A stretch of 63,149 nt of DNA, taken from NCBI GenBank assembly GCA_001788395.1, contig MGBT01000060.1, positions 4,233-67,381 of the forward strand, written 5' to 3'. The stretch comes from Candidatus Rokubacteria bacterium GWA2_70_23 (GTDB lineage: Bacteria; Methylomirabilota; Methylomirabilia; Rokubacteriales; CSP1-6). Shown here in pieces: positions 1 to 11,518 of the stretch. A program made the translations under genes and the position numbers. The stretch's first letter is position 1; every line of letters starts with the position of its first letter. Below the pieces are notes generated by a model, which had not been told where the DNA came from, did not search any database, and was given only the letters and a program-made list of their open reading frames with translations.

Positions 1-448
1 GGCCACTCCCATCGTGGAGGTCAAGCGGCTGGAAGCCGCCATGCAGGCCGGGGCTGATCTGGCGGTGGGCTCGCGCGCCCTGCCCGATCCGTCCGTGGTG
101 GTGCGGGCCCGGACGCACCGGAAGCTGTCGGGCCAGGTGTGGAGCCGCCTCGTCCGCGCCCTCGGCGTGTCGGGCGTGGTGGATACCCAGTGCGGGTTCA
201 AGCTGTTCCGCGGGCCCGTGGCGGACGATCTCTTCCGGCCCCTGCGTACCGAGGGGTTCGGCTTCGACGTGGAGCTGCTCCTGCTCGCCCGGCGCCGCGG
301 GTACCGGATCGTCGAGGTCCCGATCAACTGGACGGATCAGCCCGGATCCAAGGTGGGCGTGCTGAAGGACGGCCCGCGCATGCTGGCGCAGATCGTCGCT
401 GCCCGGCTCCGGCTCGCCCTCACTCCGGACCCCGGGAGCGCCCCGTGA
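1..448 (+). CDS. Family-2 glycosyltransferase (polyprenyl-phosphate sugar synthase-like), C-terminal fragment; 5' end outside window
   Basis: Frame of track ORF 14..448 stays open to base 1. DTQCGFKLF and FGFDVELL segments are typical of GT2 dolichyl/undecaprenyl-phosphate glycosyltransferases. Stop overlaps the next start (GTGA 445-448). Confidence 0.8.
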   Translation, partial: ATPIVEVKRLEAAMQAGADLAVGSRALPDPSVVVRARTHRKLSGQVWSRLVRALGVSGVVDTQCGFKLFRGPVADDLFRPLRTEGFGFDVELLLLARRRGYRIVEVPINWTDQPGSKVGVLKDGPRMLAQIVAARLRLALTPDPGSAP

Positions 449-1590
449 TCGCTCGCCGCGCCCTCGAGATCGAGCCGTTCCTCGCGGTGGAGGTGTTCCA
501 GAAGGCCCAGGAGCTCGAGCGGCAGGGGCTCGATATCATCCACCTCGAGTACGGCGAGCCCGACTTCGACACGCCCCCGGTCATCCGCGAGGCCGCGGAG
601 AAGGCGCTCAAGGATGGCCGCACCCGCTACGTCCACACGCAGGGGATCCTCCCCCTGCGGGAGGCCATCGCGGAGCACTACCACGAACGCTATGGTGTGA
701 CCGTGTCGCCGGACCAGATCCTGGTCACCGCCGGCACGTCCCCGGCCATGCTCCTGCTCTTCATGTCGCTCCTGGAGCGGGGCGACCGGGTCCTGCTCTC
801 GGATCCCCACTACGCGTGCTATCCGAAGTTCGTGAAGTACGCTGACGGGGAGCCGCTCTACGTGCCCGTGGAGGAGGATGACGGCTTCCAGCTCCAGCCG
901 GAGATCGTGCGGGAGGCGCTCACCGAGCACACCAAGGCCATCCTGATCAACTCGCCGGCCAATCCCACGGGCACCGTCCTCTCGGCCGAGCGCATGGCGG
1001 CGCTGGCCCATCTCGGCCCCTGGATCGTCTCCGACGAGATCTATCACGGGCTGACCTACGAGGGGCCGGAGCACTCGGTCCTCGAGTTCACCGACCACGC
1101 CTTCGTGCTGAACGGTTTCTCCAAGGCCTATGCCATGACCGGATGGCGGCTCGGCTACGTGATCGCGCCCCCGGAGTTCATCCGCCCGCTGGCGGCCGCC
1201 CACGGCAACTTCTTCATCTCGACCAACGAATTCGTCCAGTGGGCGGCGCTGGCAGCCCTCAGGGAGGCGGGCGAGGACGCCGCGCGCATGCGCCGCGTGT
1301 TCGACGAGCGGCGCCGCGCCATGGTGGCCGGGATCAGGCGCATCGGCCTCGGCGTCGGCGCGCCGCCGACGGGGGCCTTCTACGTCCTCGCCAATGCCCG
1401 CCGCTACACCGGCGACTCGCTGGCCTTCGCGTTCGAGATCCTCCGCGAGGCCCGTGTCGCGCTCACGCCGGGCATCGATTTCGGGCGCAACGCGGAAGGG
1501 TACCTGCGCTTCTGCTACGCCAACTCGCTCGAGCGCATCGAGGAGGCGCTCTCGCGGATCGGGCGCTTCCTGGAGGCGCGCCGCCCGTGA
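445..1590 (+). CDS. Class I/II pyridoxal-phosphate aminotransferase (aspartate aminotransferase-like)
   Basis: In-frame GTG at 445 within track ORF 139..1590. Motifs NSPANPTG, SDEIY and FSKAYAMTGWRLGY (PLP-lysine motif). Confidence 0.9.
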   Translation: MIARRALEIEPFLAVEVFQKAQELERQGLDIIHLEYGEPDFDTPPVIREAAEKALKDGRTRYVHTQGILPLREAIAEHYHERYGVTVSPDQILVTAGTSPAMLLLFMSLLERGDRVLLSDPHYACYPKFVKYADGEPLYVPVEEDDGFQLQPEIVREALTEHTKAILINSPANPTGTVLSAERMAALAHLGPWIVSDEIYHGLTYEGPEHSVLEFTDHAFVLNGFSKAYAMTGWRLGYVIAPPEFIRPLAAAHGNFFISTNEFVQWAALAALREAGEDAARMRRVFDERRRAMVAGIRRIGLGVGAPPTGAFYVLANARRYTGDSLAFAFEILREARVALTPGIDFGRNAEGYLRFCYANSLERIEEALSRIGRFLEARRP

Positions 1591-1717
1591 GCCAGGCGCC
1601 GTGCGCGATGTGCGAGCGCGTGGCTTCGTGACCGCATCGAGGCCATCCGACGGGCCCTCGGGGATCCGCGCGAGCAGCCGCCCCGGCCTCGAGGCCGGGA
1701 GCCGGGACGTGACCCGG

Positions 1718-2443
1718 ATGGATCCGGGCTACGTCACCGTCCACGCCGAGGAGGACCGGCGCCATTGGTGGTTCCTCGGCCGGCAGGCCATCATTTTCGC
1801 GGAGATGGCGCGCTGGCTCCCGGCCGGCCGGCTGCGCCTGGCCGAGCTCGGCTGCGGAAGCGGGGGCCTCCTGACCGGACTGGCGCGCTTCGGCGAGGTC
1901 GTCGGCGTCGAGGCAGATCCGGCGCTGCGCGAGGCGGCTCGCCGGCGCGGGCTCCCCGTGCTGTCGGGCACGCTGCCGGACGACATTCCGCTGGGGCCCG
2001 GCACGCTCGATGCGGCCTGCCTCTTCGACGTCCTGGAGCACCTGGACGACGACGGCCGGGCGCTCGCGGGCATCCGCTCCTTGCTCGCGCCCGGCGGGCT
2101 TCTCTTCGTGACGGTGCCGGCGTATCCGTGGCTGTGGAGTCGCCACGACGAGATCCTCGGCCACCGCCGGCGCTATACGGCGCGGGGCTTGCGCCTCCTG
2201 GCGGAGCGAGCGGGCTTTCACGTGGAGCGCCTCACGTACTTCAATACGCTCCTGGCCGCGCCGATCGTCCTCGTTCGTCTTTTCCACCGGGCCATGGGCC
2301 GGGATACCCACGATCTCAGCCGCCCGCCCGCCCCCGTCAATCGTCTGCTCGCCCAGTGCTTCGCGCTCGAGGCCCGGTTGCTCCGCTGGACCGCCTCGCC
2401 CTTCGGGATCTCCTTGTTGATGGTGGCGGGGCGCCGCGAATGA
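1718..2443 (+). CDS. Class I SAM-dependent methyltransferase
   Basis: ATG 1718 within ORF 1394..2443; an alternative GTG at 1601 is also GC3-rich. LAELGCGSGG glycine-rich SAM motif I; FDVLEHL. Confidence 0.8.
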   Translation: MDPGYVTVHAEEDRRHWWFLGRQAIIFAEMARWLPAGRLRLAELGCGSGGLLTGLARFGEVVGVEADPALREAARRRGLPVLSGTLPDDIPLGPGTLDAACLFDVLEHLDDDGRALAGIRSLLAPGGLLFVTVPAYPWLWSRHDEILGHRRRYTARGLRLLAERAGFHVERLTYFNTLLAAPIVLVRLFHRAMGRDTHDLSRPPAPVNRLLAQCFALEARLLRWTASPFGISLLMVAGRRE

Positions 2444-4647
2444 GCCGGCGCGACGGCGTCCTTCTGGCTCTCCTGCTCCTCTTCCTGGCCGCGGTGACGG
2501 CAGCGTGGGTGATGATCGACCGCCGCCCGCCCGAGTGGGACCACGCCAACCACCTCGAGCGGGCTGTCGCGTGCCATCGCGTCCTGGCCGACCCGGGGCG
2601 CGACCGGGTGGGAGAGATCATCGCCATGTCGAGCTTCTACCCACCCGTGGTCGCGTGTGCGGCGGGGCTGCTCTACTTCGTCCTTCCGATCGTGCCGCTC
2701 ACGGCCCAGGCGGTGATGTTTGGATTCCTCGCGGTCGGTGTGCTCGCCGTGTACGGGGTCGGGCGCCGGCTCCTGGATGCGGAGGCCGGGCTCGCGGCCG
2801 CCTTCTTTCTCGGGACGGCGCCCTTCGTCATCTTCTCGCTCACCAACTTCCAGCTGGACCTGCCGCTCCTGGCGATGGTGGCGGTCAGCCTGTATGCACT
2901 CGTCCGCGCGGAGGGGTTTTCGCGACCCGGGTGGTCGGTGCTCGCGGGGGCGGCGCTCGGGCTCGGGATGCTGACCAAGCCTCCTTTCGCGGCCTACGCG
3001 CTTCCGCCGCTCGCCTGGAGCGCATGGCTCGCCTTCCGCGCGCCGGACCGCGGGCCGCGGCTCCGCCGATTCCTCCTCGCGCTCGGCATCGGGCTGGTCA
3101 TCTCGCTGCCGTGGTACGGGCCGCGGCTCGCCGGCCTGCCGATGCAGATCGTCAACCGCTCCTTCAAGCAGGCCGCCGAGTCCGGGCATGCGCCGGCGCT
3201 CACGTCGGGCTCGCTGCTCTATTACCCGCGCGTCTTCCAGCCGCAGTTCGGGCTTCTGGCGGCTCCGCTGGCGGCGTGGGGCCTCTGGGCAGTCCGTCGG
3301 ATGCCGCGCGCCCGCGGGCTTCTGTGGTCAGCGCTCCTGCCGTTCGTCATCTTCCTCCTGATCCAGAACAAGAACCTGCGCTACACGCTGCCGCTGCTCC
3401 CCGCCGCTGCGCTCCTGGCCGCCGCGGGCCTCGCGCAGCTCGCCCCGTCGTGGCGGCGCGCGATCACCTGGGGCTGCCTCGCCCTCGGGGTCCTGCAGGT
3501 CTCGTCTGCCGCCTTCGCGGTGCCGCCGCCTCCCTCCGTCAAGCCGCTGCTGGGCCCCGTGGTCTTCTCGCGCCCCCCCGACGGGAGCGACTGGCGCCAC
3601 CGCGAGGCGCTCGACGCCATCCTGCGAGCCGCCGAGGGTCGGCCGGCCACGGTGGCTGTCGTCGCCAACGACAACTACTTCTCGGTCTCCAACTTCCGCT
3701 ACGACGTGGTCCGCGAGCGGCTGCCGCTCACGATGATGCGGGCCTGGGACGGCTCGCCCCTCGGTGTCCAGTTCGTGATCGTCAAGACCGGGGATCAGGG
3801 ACCGGACTTCGCCTCCGCGAAGCCCGACCGCATCATGGCCGCGTTCGGTGGGGGCGACCCGTGGCTGGCGGCGGTTTTTCCCGTGATCGCCGAGTTCCCG
3901 CTGCCGGACGGCAGTCGCGGCATGGTCCGCATGAGGCGACTGGTGCCAGTGGCGGGGCCCACCGCCGAGGAGCTGGCGCGGCGCCTGCGTCTGTCGGCCG
4001 AGGGTTTTCTCCACGACTACGCGCGGGAGGCCGTCGGCTTCCGGGTGTCGATGGCGTACCGGCCGGAGGCGCTCCTCCGGGGCGAGGTGGACCGGCTCGT
4101 CGTCGAGGCCGATTCGGCGCTCGTGGGGGAATTCGTCCGGAACCGGACTCCACTCCGGGCGCGCAACGTGCGCCTGTCGGTGGAGGGTGTGCTCTTCCAT
4201 CCCCAGCGCCTTGTCGAGACCGGGCGGCTGGAGCTGCTGGGCCTCCGGGCGCTGCGTGTCCACCGCCTCACCGTCACCGAGGCTGAGCTGCTGGAGTTCG
4301 TTCGGGCACAGAAGGGTTTCACGCGCGCCGACCTGCATCTGGGGGAGGGGTCGGCCGACGTCGGGCTCGTGTGGTCCGGACCGACCCTGTCGGCGCGGTT
4401 GCGTCTGTTGCCGGCCTCGGGCGCCGGCCCGTTCACCCTGGGCGTCGAGGCGGTGAGCGTGGGAGGGATCAGCGTGCCGGGGCCTCTCGTGGGCTGGGTG
4501 GTGCGCCATCTCGATCCGACGCCTCGCCTCAGGCGGCTGCCCGTCGAGGTGTCGCTGGCACCCGTGACGATCCTTCCCGGGCGCCTCGAGGTGGGTTCAC
4601 CGGACGGCCCCGCCGAGGGCCGGCCGCAGGAGCGGAGGGAACGATGA
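2440..4647 (+). CDS. GT-C fold glycosyltransferase (ArnT/PMT-like, family 39/83-like) with long C-terminal soluble extension
   Basis: ATG 2440 (ATGA overlap) in ORF 1765..4647. The N-terminal ~360 aa is a run of hydrophobic helices with an ArnT/PMT-like pattern. The C-terminal part is non-membrane. Confidence 0.7.
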   Translation: MSRRDGVLLALLLLFLAAVTAAWVMIDRRPPEWDHANHLERAVACHRVLADPGRDRVGEIIAMSSFYPPVVACAAGLLYFVLPIVPLTAQAVMFGFLAVGVLAVYGVGRRLLDAEAGLAAAFFLGTAPFVIFSLTNFQLDLPLLAMVAVSLYALVRAEGFSRPGWSVLAGAALGLGMLTKPPFAAYALPPLAWSAWLAFRAPDRGPRLRRFLLALGIGLVISLPWYGPRLAGLPMQIVNRSFKQAAESGHAPALTSGSLLYYPRVFQPQFGLLAAPLAAWGLWAVRRMPRARGLLWSALLPFVIFLLIQNKNLRYTLPLLPAAALLAAAGLAQLAPSWRRAITWGCLALGVLQVSSAAFAVPPPPSVKPLLGPVVFSRPPDGSDWRHREALDAILRAAEGRPATVAVVANDNYFSVSNFRYDVVRERLPLTMMRAWDGSPLGVQFVIVKTGDQGPDFASAKPDRIMAAFGGGDPWLAAVFPVIAEFPLPDGSRGMVRMRRLVPVAGPTAEELARRLRLSAEGFLHDYAREAVGFRVSMAYRPEALLRGEVDRLVVEADSALVGEFVRNRTPLRARNVRLSVEGVLFHPQRLVETGRLELLGLRALRVHRLTVTEAELLEFVRAQKGFTRADLHLGEGSADVGLVWSGPTLSARLRLLPASGAGPFTLGVEAVSVGGISVPGPLVGWVVRHLDPTPRLRRLPVEVSLAPVTILPGRLEVGSPDGPAEGRPQERRER

Positions 4648-5318
4648 CGGAGTCGGATCGCGAGAAGAAGGCGCGGGCTCGCCGGATCCTGAGAACGCTC
4701 GGCGCGGCCTATCCCGATGCCGCCATCGCGCTGCGCTGGAGCACCCCGCTGGAGCTTCTGGTGGCGACCATCCTCTCGGCCCAGTGCACCGACGAGCGCG
4801 TGAACCAGGTGACGGAGTCGCTGTTCAAGCGCTATCACACCGCGAGGGACTGGGCCCGGGCACGACCGGCAGCGCTGGAGCGCGAGATCTTCTCCACCGG
4901 TTTCTACAAGGCCAAGGCCAAGGCCATCATCGGGACGGCCAAGGCCCTCGTGGCCGGGCACGGCGGCGAGGTGCCCAGGACCGTGGGGGCCCTGACGGCC
5001 CTGCCGGGAGTCGGGCGCAAGACGGCCAATGTGGTGCTGGGCAATGCCTTCGGGATCCCGGCGCTTGCCGTGGACACCCACGTCTCGCGGGTCTCACAGC
5101 GGCTCGGGCTGGCCCGGGGGCCCGACGCCGAGACGATCCACGACGAGCTCTGCCAGGTGTTTCCCCGCGCAGGGTGGACTGGCACCACCCACCTCCTGAT
5201 CATCCACGGCCGGCGCGCCTGTCACGCTCGTCGCCCAGCCTGTCCGGGCTGTCCCATCCGGGCCCTCTGCCCATGGCCTTTGAAGCCGATGGGCCAGGGG
5301 CCGGGACGAAAGGGTTGA
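4644..5318 (+). CDS. nth: Endonuclease III
   Basis: ATG 4644 (ATGA overlap). LVATILSAQCTDERVN; HhH segment LPGVGRKTANVVL; C-terminal CX6CX2CX5C cluster loop (CHARRPACPGCPIRALC). Confidence 0.95.
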   Translation: MTESDREKKARARRILRTLGAAYPDAAIALRWSTPLELLVATILSAQCTDERVNQVTESLFKRYHTARDWARARPAALEREIFSTGFYKAKAKAIIGTAKALVAGHGGEVPRTVGALTALPGVGRKTANVVLGNAFGIPALAVDTHVSRVSQRLGLARGPDAETIHDELCQVFPRAGWTGTTHLLIIHGRRACHARRPACPGCPIRALCPWPLKPMGQGPGRKG

Positions 5319-5343
5319 CAGTGAGAGATTGCCCTTTTAGTAT
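5315..5343 (+). promoter_or_regulatory. Sigma70-like promoter candidate for rplM-rpsI
   Basis: TTGACA (5315-5320), 17-nt spacer, TAGTAT (5338-5343), in a locally AT-richer gap 66 nt upstream of the rplM ATG. Confidence 0.5.
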
Positions 5344-5408
5344 GGCGTGTTGCTGATGTGTGCCAGTGTGCCGTACCGGGGGGAGCTCCAGACAGGGACA
5401 TAGGGATC

Positions 5409-5855
5409 ATGCCAACCGTCATGCCGAAGGTCAACGCAATTGACCGGAAGTGGTACGTGGTCGACGCCGAGGGCCAGGTGCTCGGACGCCTGGCCTCGCG
5501 GGTGGCCGCCATCCTCCGGGGCAAGCACAAGCCGAGTTTCGCCCACCACCTGGACGTCGGGGACCATGTGGTCGTGATCAACGCGGGGAAGGTGCACCTG
5601 ACCGGCCGCAAGCTCACGGACAAGATGTACCGCTGGCACTCGGGGTATATCGGGGGTTTGCGGGAAGTCCCCGCCGAGAAGATGATCAAGGCACACCCGG
5701 AGCGCGTGATCGAGTGGGCCGTCGAGGGGATGCTCCCCAAGGGGCGGCTGGGCCGCGCGATGGCAAAGAAGCTCAAGGTATACCGGGGGTCGGAGCATCC
5801 GCATTCGGCCCAGAAGCCCGAGCCGCTCCTCAAGAGCGGCCGGACATCCTCGTAA
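5409..5855 (+). CDS. rplM: 50S ribosomal protein L13
   Basis: ATG 5409 in ORF 5358..5855. [18 protein letters not shown]-terminus is typical of uL13. Confidence 0.95.
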   Translation: MPTVMPKVNAIDRKWYVVDAEGQVLGRLASRVAAILRGKHKPSFAHHLDVGDHVVVINAGKVHLTGRKLTDKMYRWHSGYIGGLREVPAEKMIKAHPERVIEWAVEGMLPKGRLGRAMAKKLKVYRGSEHPHSAQKPEPLLKSGRTSS

Positions 5856-5864
5856 GGGAAGGAC

Positions 5865-6260
5865 ATGGCTCAGACGATGGCGTATTACGGGACGGGGCGG
5901 CGGAAGACATCCGTGGCGCGCGTGTGGCTCCGGCCGGGGGGCGGCACGATCCTGGTCAACCGCCGGTCCTTCGAGGACTACTTCCCCCGCGAGACACTGC
6001 GGATGATCATCTGCCAGCCGCTCCAGGTGACGAACACCCTGGCCCAGTTCGACGCCACGATCAACGTCGGCGGCGGCGGTCCGACGGGCCAGGCCGGCGC
6101 TGCCCGTCACGGGATCGCCCGGGCGCTGCTCATGTTCGATGAGAAGCTCCGGCAGACGCTCAAGCGGGCGGGGCTGCTGACCCGGGATCCGAGAATGAAG
6201 GAGCGGAAGAAGTACGGGCAGCCGGGCGCGCGGTCCAAGTTCCAGTATTCCAAGCGGTAG
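5865..6260 (+). CDS. rpsI: 30S ribosomal protein S9
   Basis: 131 aa. [19 protein letters not shown] and C-terminal KFQYSKR are typical of uS9. Confidence 0.97.
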   Translation: MAQTMAYYGTGRRKTSVARVWLRPGGGTILVNRRSFEDYFPRETLRMIICQPLQVTNTLAQFDATINVGGGGPTGQAGAARHGIARALLMFDEKLRQTLKRAGLLTRDPRMKERKKYGQPGARSKFQYSKR

Positions 6261-6275
6261 GTAGGGGACCGGCTG

Positions 6276-7325
6276 GTGGTCCGGGTCGCCGTCGGGGGCG
6301 CGAGCGGGTACATGGGGGCGGAGCTCCTCCGCTTGCTCAGCGTCCACTCGAAGGTTCAGCTCACAGCCGTCACCTCGGAGAGACTGTCTGGCGAGCGCCT
6401 CGACCGGGTCTTCCCCCATCTGCGGGGCCTGTCCGCTCTCGTCTTCCAGGAGGTCAATCCCGACCGGCTCGCGGAGCAGGCCGACGTGGTCTTCCTGGCG
6501 CTGCCGCACATGGAGTCGCAGCGGGCCGTGCCCGTGCTGCGGCGTCGCGGGCGGCGCGTCATCGACCTGTCGGCCGACTACCGGTTGCGAGACGCCTCCC
6601 TGTACACGACCTGGTACAAGGCGCCGCACGTGGACGCCGAAGGCCTCGCCGAGGCCGCGTACGGGCTGCCTGAGTTCCACCGGAAGGCCATCGCCAAGGC
6701 GGGTCTGGTGGCCTCTCCCGGCTGCTACCCCATGGGGGCGATCCTGGCGACCGCCCCGCTGCTCAAGAGCGGGTTCGGACTGCCACAGGGCATCGTCATC
6801 GACGGCAAGTCCGGGGTCACGGGCGCGGGCGCGCAGGGCCGCACGGCGGACCCCATGTACCTGTACACCGAGGCCAACGAGAACGTGCAGGCCTACGGCA
6901 TCGCGACCCATCGCCACACGCCCGAGATCGAGCAGGAGCTTTCCGCGCTCTGCGGCCAGCCGGTGGTGGTGAGCTTCACGCCGCATCTGGTCCCGCTCAA
7001 CCGCGGGCTGTTCACGACGGCCTCGGTGCCCCTCGGGAAGGCCGCGAGCACCGCCGAGCTCGTGGCCCTCTATCAGGAGTTCTACGCCGGCGAGCCCTTC
7101 GTCCGGGTCCTCCCCGAAGGGGAGCGGCCGACCACGCGGCGGGTGGTGGGGTCCAACTTCTGCGACGTCACCGTCGTTGCGGACCCGCGCGCCTCCCGGG
7201 CGGTGTGCGTCTCGGCACTCGACAACCTGGGCAAGGGGGGCTCCGCCAACGGCATCCAGAGCCTGAACATCATGATGGGGTGGGACGAGCGGAGCGGGCT
7301 GGAAGCCCCTCCGGTCTACCCCTGA
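6276..7325 (+). CDS. argC: N-acetyl-gamma-glutamyl-phosphate reductase
   Basis: GTG start. GASGYMGAELLRLL NAD-binding N-terminus; PGCYP active-site Cys region. Confidence 0.95.
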   Translation: MVRVAVGGASGYMGAELLRLLSVHSKVQLTAVTSERLSGERLDRVFPHLRGLSALVFQEVNPDRLAEQADVVFLALPHMESQRAVPVLRRRGRRVIDLSADYRLRDASLYTTWYKAPHVDAEGLAEAAYGLPEFHRKAIAKAGLVASPGCYPMGAILATAPLLKSGFGLPQGIVIDGKSGVTGAGAQGRTADPMYLYTEANENVQAYGIATHRHTPEIEQELSALCGQPVVVSFTPHLVPLNRGLFTTASVPLGKAASTAELVALYQEFYAGEPFVRVLPEGERPTTRRVVGSNFCDVTVVADPRASRAVCVSALDNLGKGGSANGIQSLNIMMGWDERSGLEAPPVYP

Positions 7326-7342
7326 CGATCCCGCCGATCCGC

Positions 7343-8557
7343 ATGCCGGAGATCCAGTGGCTGGACGGAGGGATCACCGCCGTCCCCGGCATCCTTGCCT
7401 CCGGCGTCGCCGGGGGAATCAAGCCCAGCGGGAAGAAGGATCTGGCGCTCATCTACTCCTCCTCGACGGCCCGGGCCGCGGCGGTTTTCACCACCAACCA
7501 GGTCAAGGGCGCGCCGGTCCTCGTGTCGCAGGAGCACGTACGTGGCCGGAAGGCCCAGGCCATCCTCGCCTCCAGCGGCTGCTCCAATGTCTGCACGGGC
7601 GAGCAGGGGATCAAGGACGCTCGCGAGATGACCCGCATCGTGGGCGATCTGCTCCACGTGCCCGCGCAGCAGGTGCTGATCGCCGCCACCGGCGTCATCG
7701 GCCAGCCGCTTCCCATGGACCGGATCCGGGCGGGGTTGCCGAAGCTGGTGAAGGCGCTCTCGCCCCAGGGAAGCCGGAGCGCCGCCGAGGCGATCATGAC
7801 CACGGACAGGGTTCCCAAGGAGGCTGCGCTGCGGGTCGAGGTGGGGGGGCGGCCCATCACCATCGGGGGGATCGCCAAGGGCGTCGGCATGCTGGAGCCT
7901 CATCTGGCGACCATGTTCTGCTTCCTCGCCACGGACGCCGCGATCGCGGCGGACGCCCTGCAGACCGCGCTCCGGCACGCCGTGGACCGATCGCTGAACC
8001 GCATCACGGTGGACGGTGACCAGTCCACCAGCGATACCGTGGCGGTGCTGGCCAACGGTTTGGCAGAGAACGCGCCCCTGGAAAAGGGGGGGCGGGGGCT
8101 CCGCCAGTTCCGCCTGGCGCTCGAGGCGATCACGGGGCGATTGGCCCGCATGCTCGTCCAGGATGGGGAAGGGGCCACCAAGCTGGTGGAGATCGCGGTC
8201 CGTGGTGCCCGCACGCGGAGGGAGGCCTTGGTGGCCGCGCGGGCCGTGGCGAACTCTCTCCTGGTCAAGACCGCCGTCGCCGGGGCCGACCCCAACTGGG
8301 GGCGGATCATGATGGCTCTCGGCAAGTCGGCGGCCCGCATCCTGCCCGACCGGGTGGCCATCCGGATCGGCGAGGAATTGCTGGCGGACCGGGGCATGCT
8401 GGGCCCCGGCGCCCGCCTCGACCGGGTCCGTGAGATCATGGGCCGGCGCGAATACGCCATCGCCATCGACCTGGGGCTGGGTCGCGGCGAGGAGCGGGTC
8501 TGGACATCGGATCTGTCGGAGGAGTACGTTCGGATAAACTCGAAGTACACGACCTGA
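7343..8557 (+). CDS. argJ: Bifunctional ornithine acetyltransferase / N-acetylglutamate synthase
   Basis: ATG 7343 in ORF 7205..8557. [14 protein letters not shown] matches the ArgJ self-cleavage region. Confidence 0.95.
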   Translation: MPEIQWLDGGITAVPGILASGVAGGIKPSGKKDLALIYSSSTARAAAVFTTNQVKGAPVLVSQEHVRGRKAQAILASSGCSNVCTGEQGIKDAREMTRIVGDLLHVPAQQVLIAATGVIGQPLPMDRIRAGLPKLVKALSPQGSRSAAEAIMTTDRVPKEAALRVEVGGRPITIGGIAKGVGMLEPHLATMFCFLATDAAIAADALQTALRHAVDRSLNRITVDGDQSTSDTVAVLANGLAENAPLEKGGRGLRQFRLALEAITGRLARMLVQDGEGATKLVEIAVRGARTRREALVAARAVANSLLVKTAVAGADPNWGRIMMALGKSAARILPDRVAIRIGEELLADRGMLGPGARLDRVREIMGRREYAIAIDLGLGRGEERVWTSDLSEEYVRINSKYTT

Positions 8558-8560
8558 CAT

Positions 8561-8581
8561 GGGCGGCCCTGCGGGCCGCCC
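8561..8581 (+). terminator. GC hairpin directly after argJ (possible U-tract-less terminator or rpsB leader element)
   Basis: GGGCGGCCC-TGC-GGGCCGCCC, a perfect 9-bp stem starting 4 nt after the argJ stop. No T-run follows. Confidence 0.35.
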
Positions 8582-8714
8582 ACAACCACGCACGATCTCG
8601 AGCTTCGGTCCCCGGCGGTGCGGGAACGCCTCCCGGGGTGAGCGCTGCAGCGGCCCGGATGACGGGGCGCGCGCCGCTCGGGGTCGGAGGCAAACCGAAG
8701 GAAAGAGAGGATCC

Positions 8715-9491
8715 ATGGCGAGCTTGACCATGAAGGAGCTGCTCGAGGCCGGGGTGCACTTCGGCCATCAGACCAAGCGCTGGAACCCCAAGATGCAGAA
8801 GTACATCTTCGGGGAGCGGAACGGTATTTACATCATCGACCTGCAGAAGACCCTCAAGAAGTTCCGCGAGGCCTATGCCTTCATGCGGGACCTGGCCGCT
8901 GGCGGCGGCACCGTGCTCTTCGTCGGGACGAAGAAACAGGCGCAGGAGGCGGTGCTGGAAGAGGCCACGCGCTGCGGGATGTTCTACGTGAATCACCGCT
9001 GGCTGGGCGGCACACTGACCAACTTTGCGACCATCCGCAAGTCCATCGCGCGGCTCAAGAAGCTCGATGAGATGAAGGAGATGGGGGACTACGAGCGCCT
9101 GCCGAAGAAGGAGGTCCTCGGGCTCGAGCGCGAGCGCGAGAAGCTCGAGAAGACCCTGGCCGGCATCAAGAACATGGAGCGGCTCCCCTCGGCGGTCTTC
9201 ATCATCGACCCGAAGAAGGAGACCATCGCGGTGGAGGAGGCCAAGCGACTGGCCGTCCCCATCGTGGCCATCGTGGACACCAATTGCGATCCGACCGGGA
9301 TCGACTACCCGGTCCCGGGGAACGATGACGCGATCCGCGCCGTCCGGCTCATCACGGCCCGGATGGCCGATGCCCTCAACGAGGGTCGCGGCACCCTGGC
9401 GAAGGAGACGGGCGAGGAGATCCCCGCTGCCGCCGATCTGCCCGTGGTGACCGAGGCGGAGATGGCGGCCCCGGCTGAGACCGGCGCCTGA
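8715..9491 (+). CDS. rpsB: 30S ribosomal protein S2
   Basis: ATG 8715 in ORF 8559..9491, preceded by [25 protein letters not shown]. Confidence 0.97.
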   Translation: MASLTMKELLEAGVHFGHQTKRWNPKMQKYIFGERNGIYIIDLQKTLKKFREAYAFMRDLAAGGGTVLFVGTKKQAQEAVLEEATRCGMFYVNHRWLGGTLTNFATIRKSIARLKKLDEMKEMGDYERLPKKEVLGLEREREKLEKTLAGIKNMERLPSAVFIIDPKKETIAVEEAKRLAVPIVAIVDTNCDPTGIDYPVPGNDDAIRAVRLITARMADALNEGRGTLAKETGEEIPAAADLPVVTEAEMAAPAETGA

Positions 9492-9530
9492 GACCGCGTC
9501 GCAGCGCGCGCGAAAAGGAGAGCTCCGCTC

Positions 9531-10885
<1,355 letters not shown>

Positions 10886-10891
10886 CCGACC

Positions 10892-11446
10892 ATGCAAGTG
10901 CTGCTCAGGGACATGGAAGCCCGCATGCAGGCGGCGGCGGACCTCCTGACGAGGGAGTTCGCGGGAGTGAGGACCGGCCGGGCCAGCACGGCCCTGCTGG
11001 ACGCGCTGCGGGTCGAGTCCTACGGCACGCTCACCCCGATCAGCCAGATCGCCTCGCTGTCCGTGCCGGATCCGAAGACCCTGGTCATTCAGCCCTGGGA
11101 TGTGTCGCAGATGCCCGCCATCGAGAAGGCCATTCTCAAGTCGGACCTGGGACTCACCCCGGCCAGCGATGGCAAGGTGATCCGGCTGAACATGCCGACC
11201 CTCACGGAGGAGCGCCGGAAGCAGCTCGCCAAGACCGTGGGCAAGCTGGCCGAGGAGGCGCGCGTGGCGATCCGCAACGTGCGCCGGGAGGCCAATGACA
11301 AGCTCAAGGCCCTCGCCAAGGACAAGAAGGTCTCCCAGGACGAGGAGCGGCGCGGCCACGACCTGATCCAGAAGACCACCGACAGGTTCACCGGCAAGGT
11401 GGATGAGCTCGCGAAGAAGAAGGAGCACGAGATCCTGGCGATGTAG
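10892..11446 (+). CDS. frr: Ribosome recycling factor
   Basis: 184 aa with typical RRF sequence (GRASTALLD, LNMPTLTEERRKQL). Confidence 0.96.
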   Translation: MQVLLRDMEARMQAAADLLTREFAGVRTGRASTALLDALRVESYGTLTPISQIASLSVPDPKTLVIQPWDVSQMPAIEKAILKSDLGLTPASDGKVIRLNMPTLTEERRKQLAKTVGKLAEEARVAIRNVRREANDKLKALAKDKKVSQDEERRGHDLIQKTTDRFTGKVDELAKKKEHEILAM

Positions 11447-11518
11447 AGGTGTTCTTGGGGCACCGCCCTCGTCTATGGCCCTGATTTTCCTGGAAGGCCA
11501 CCCGCTCCTCAGGTACAC

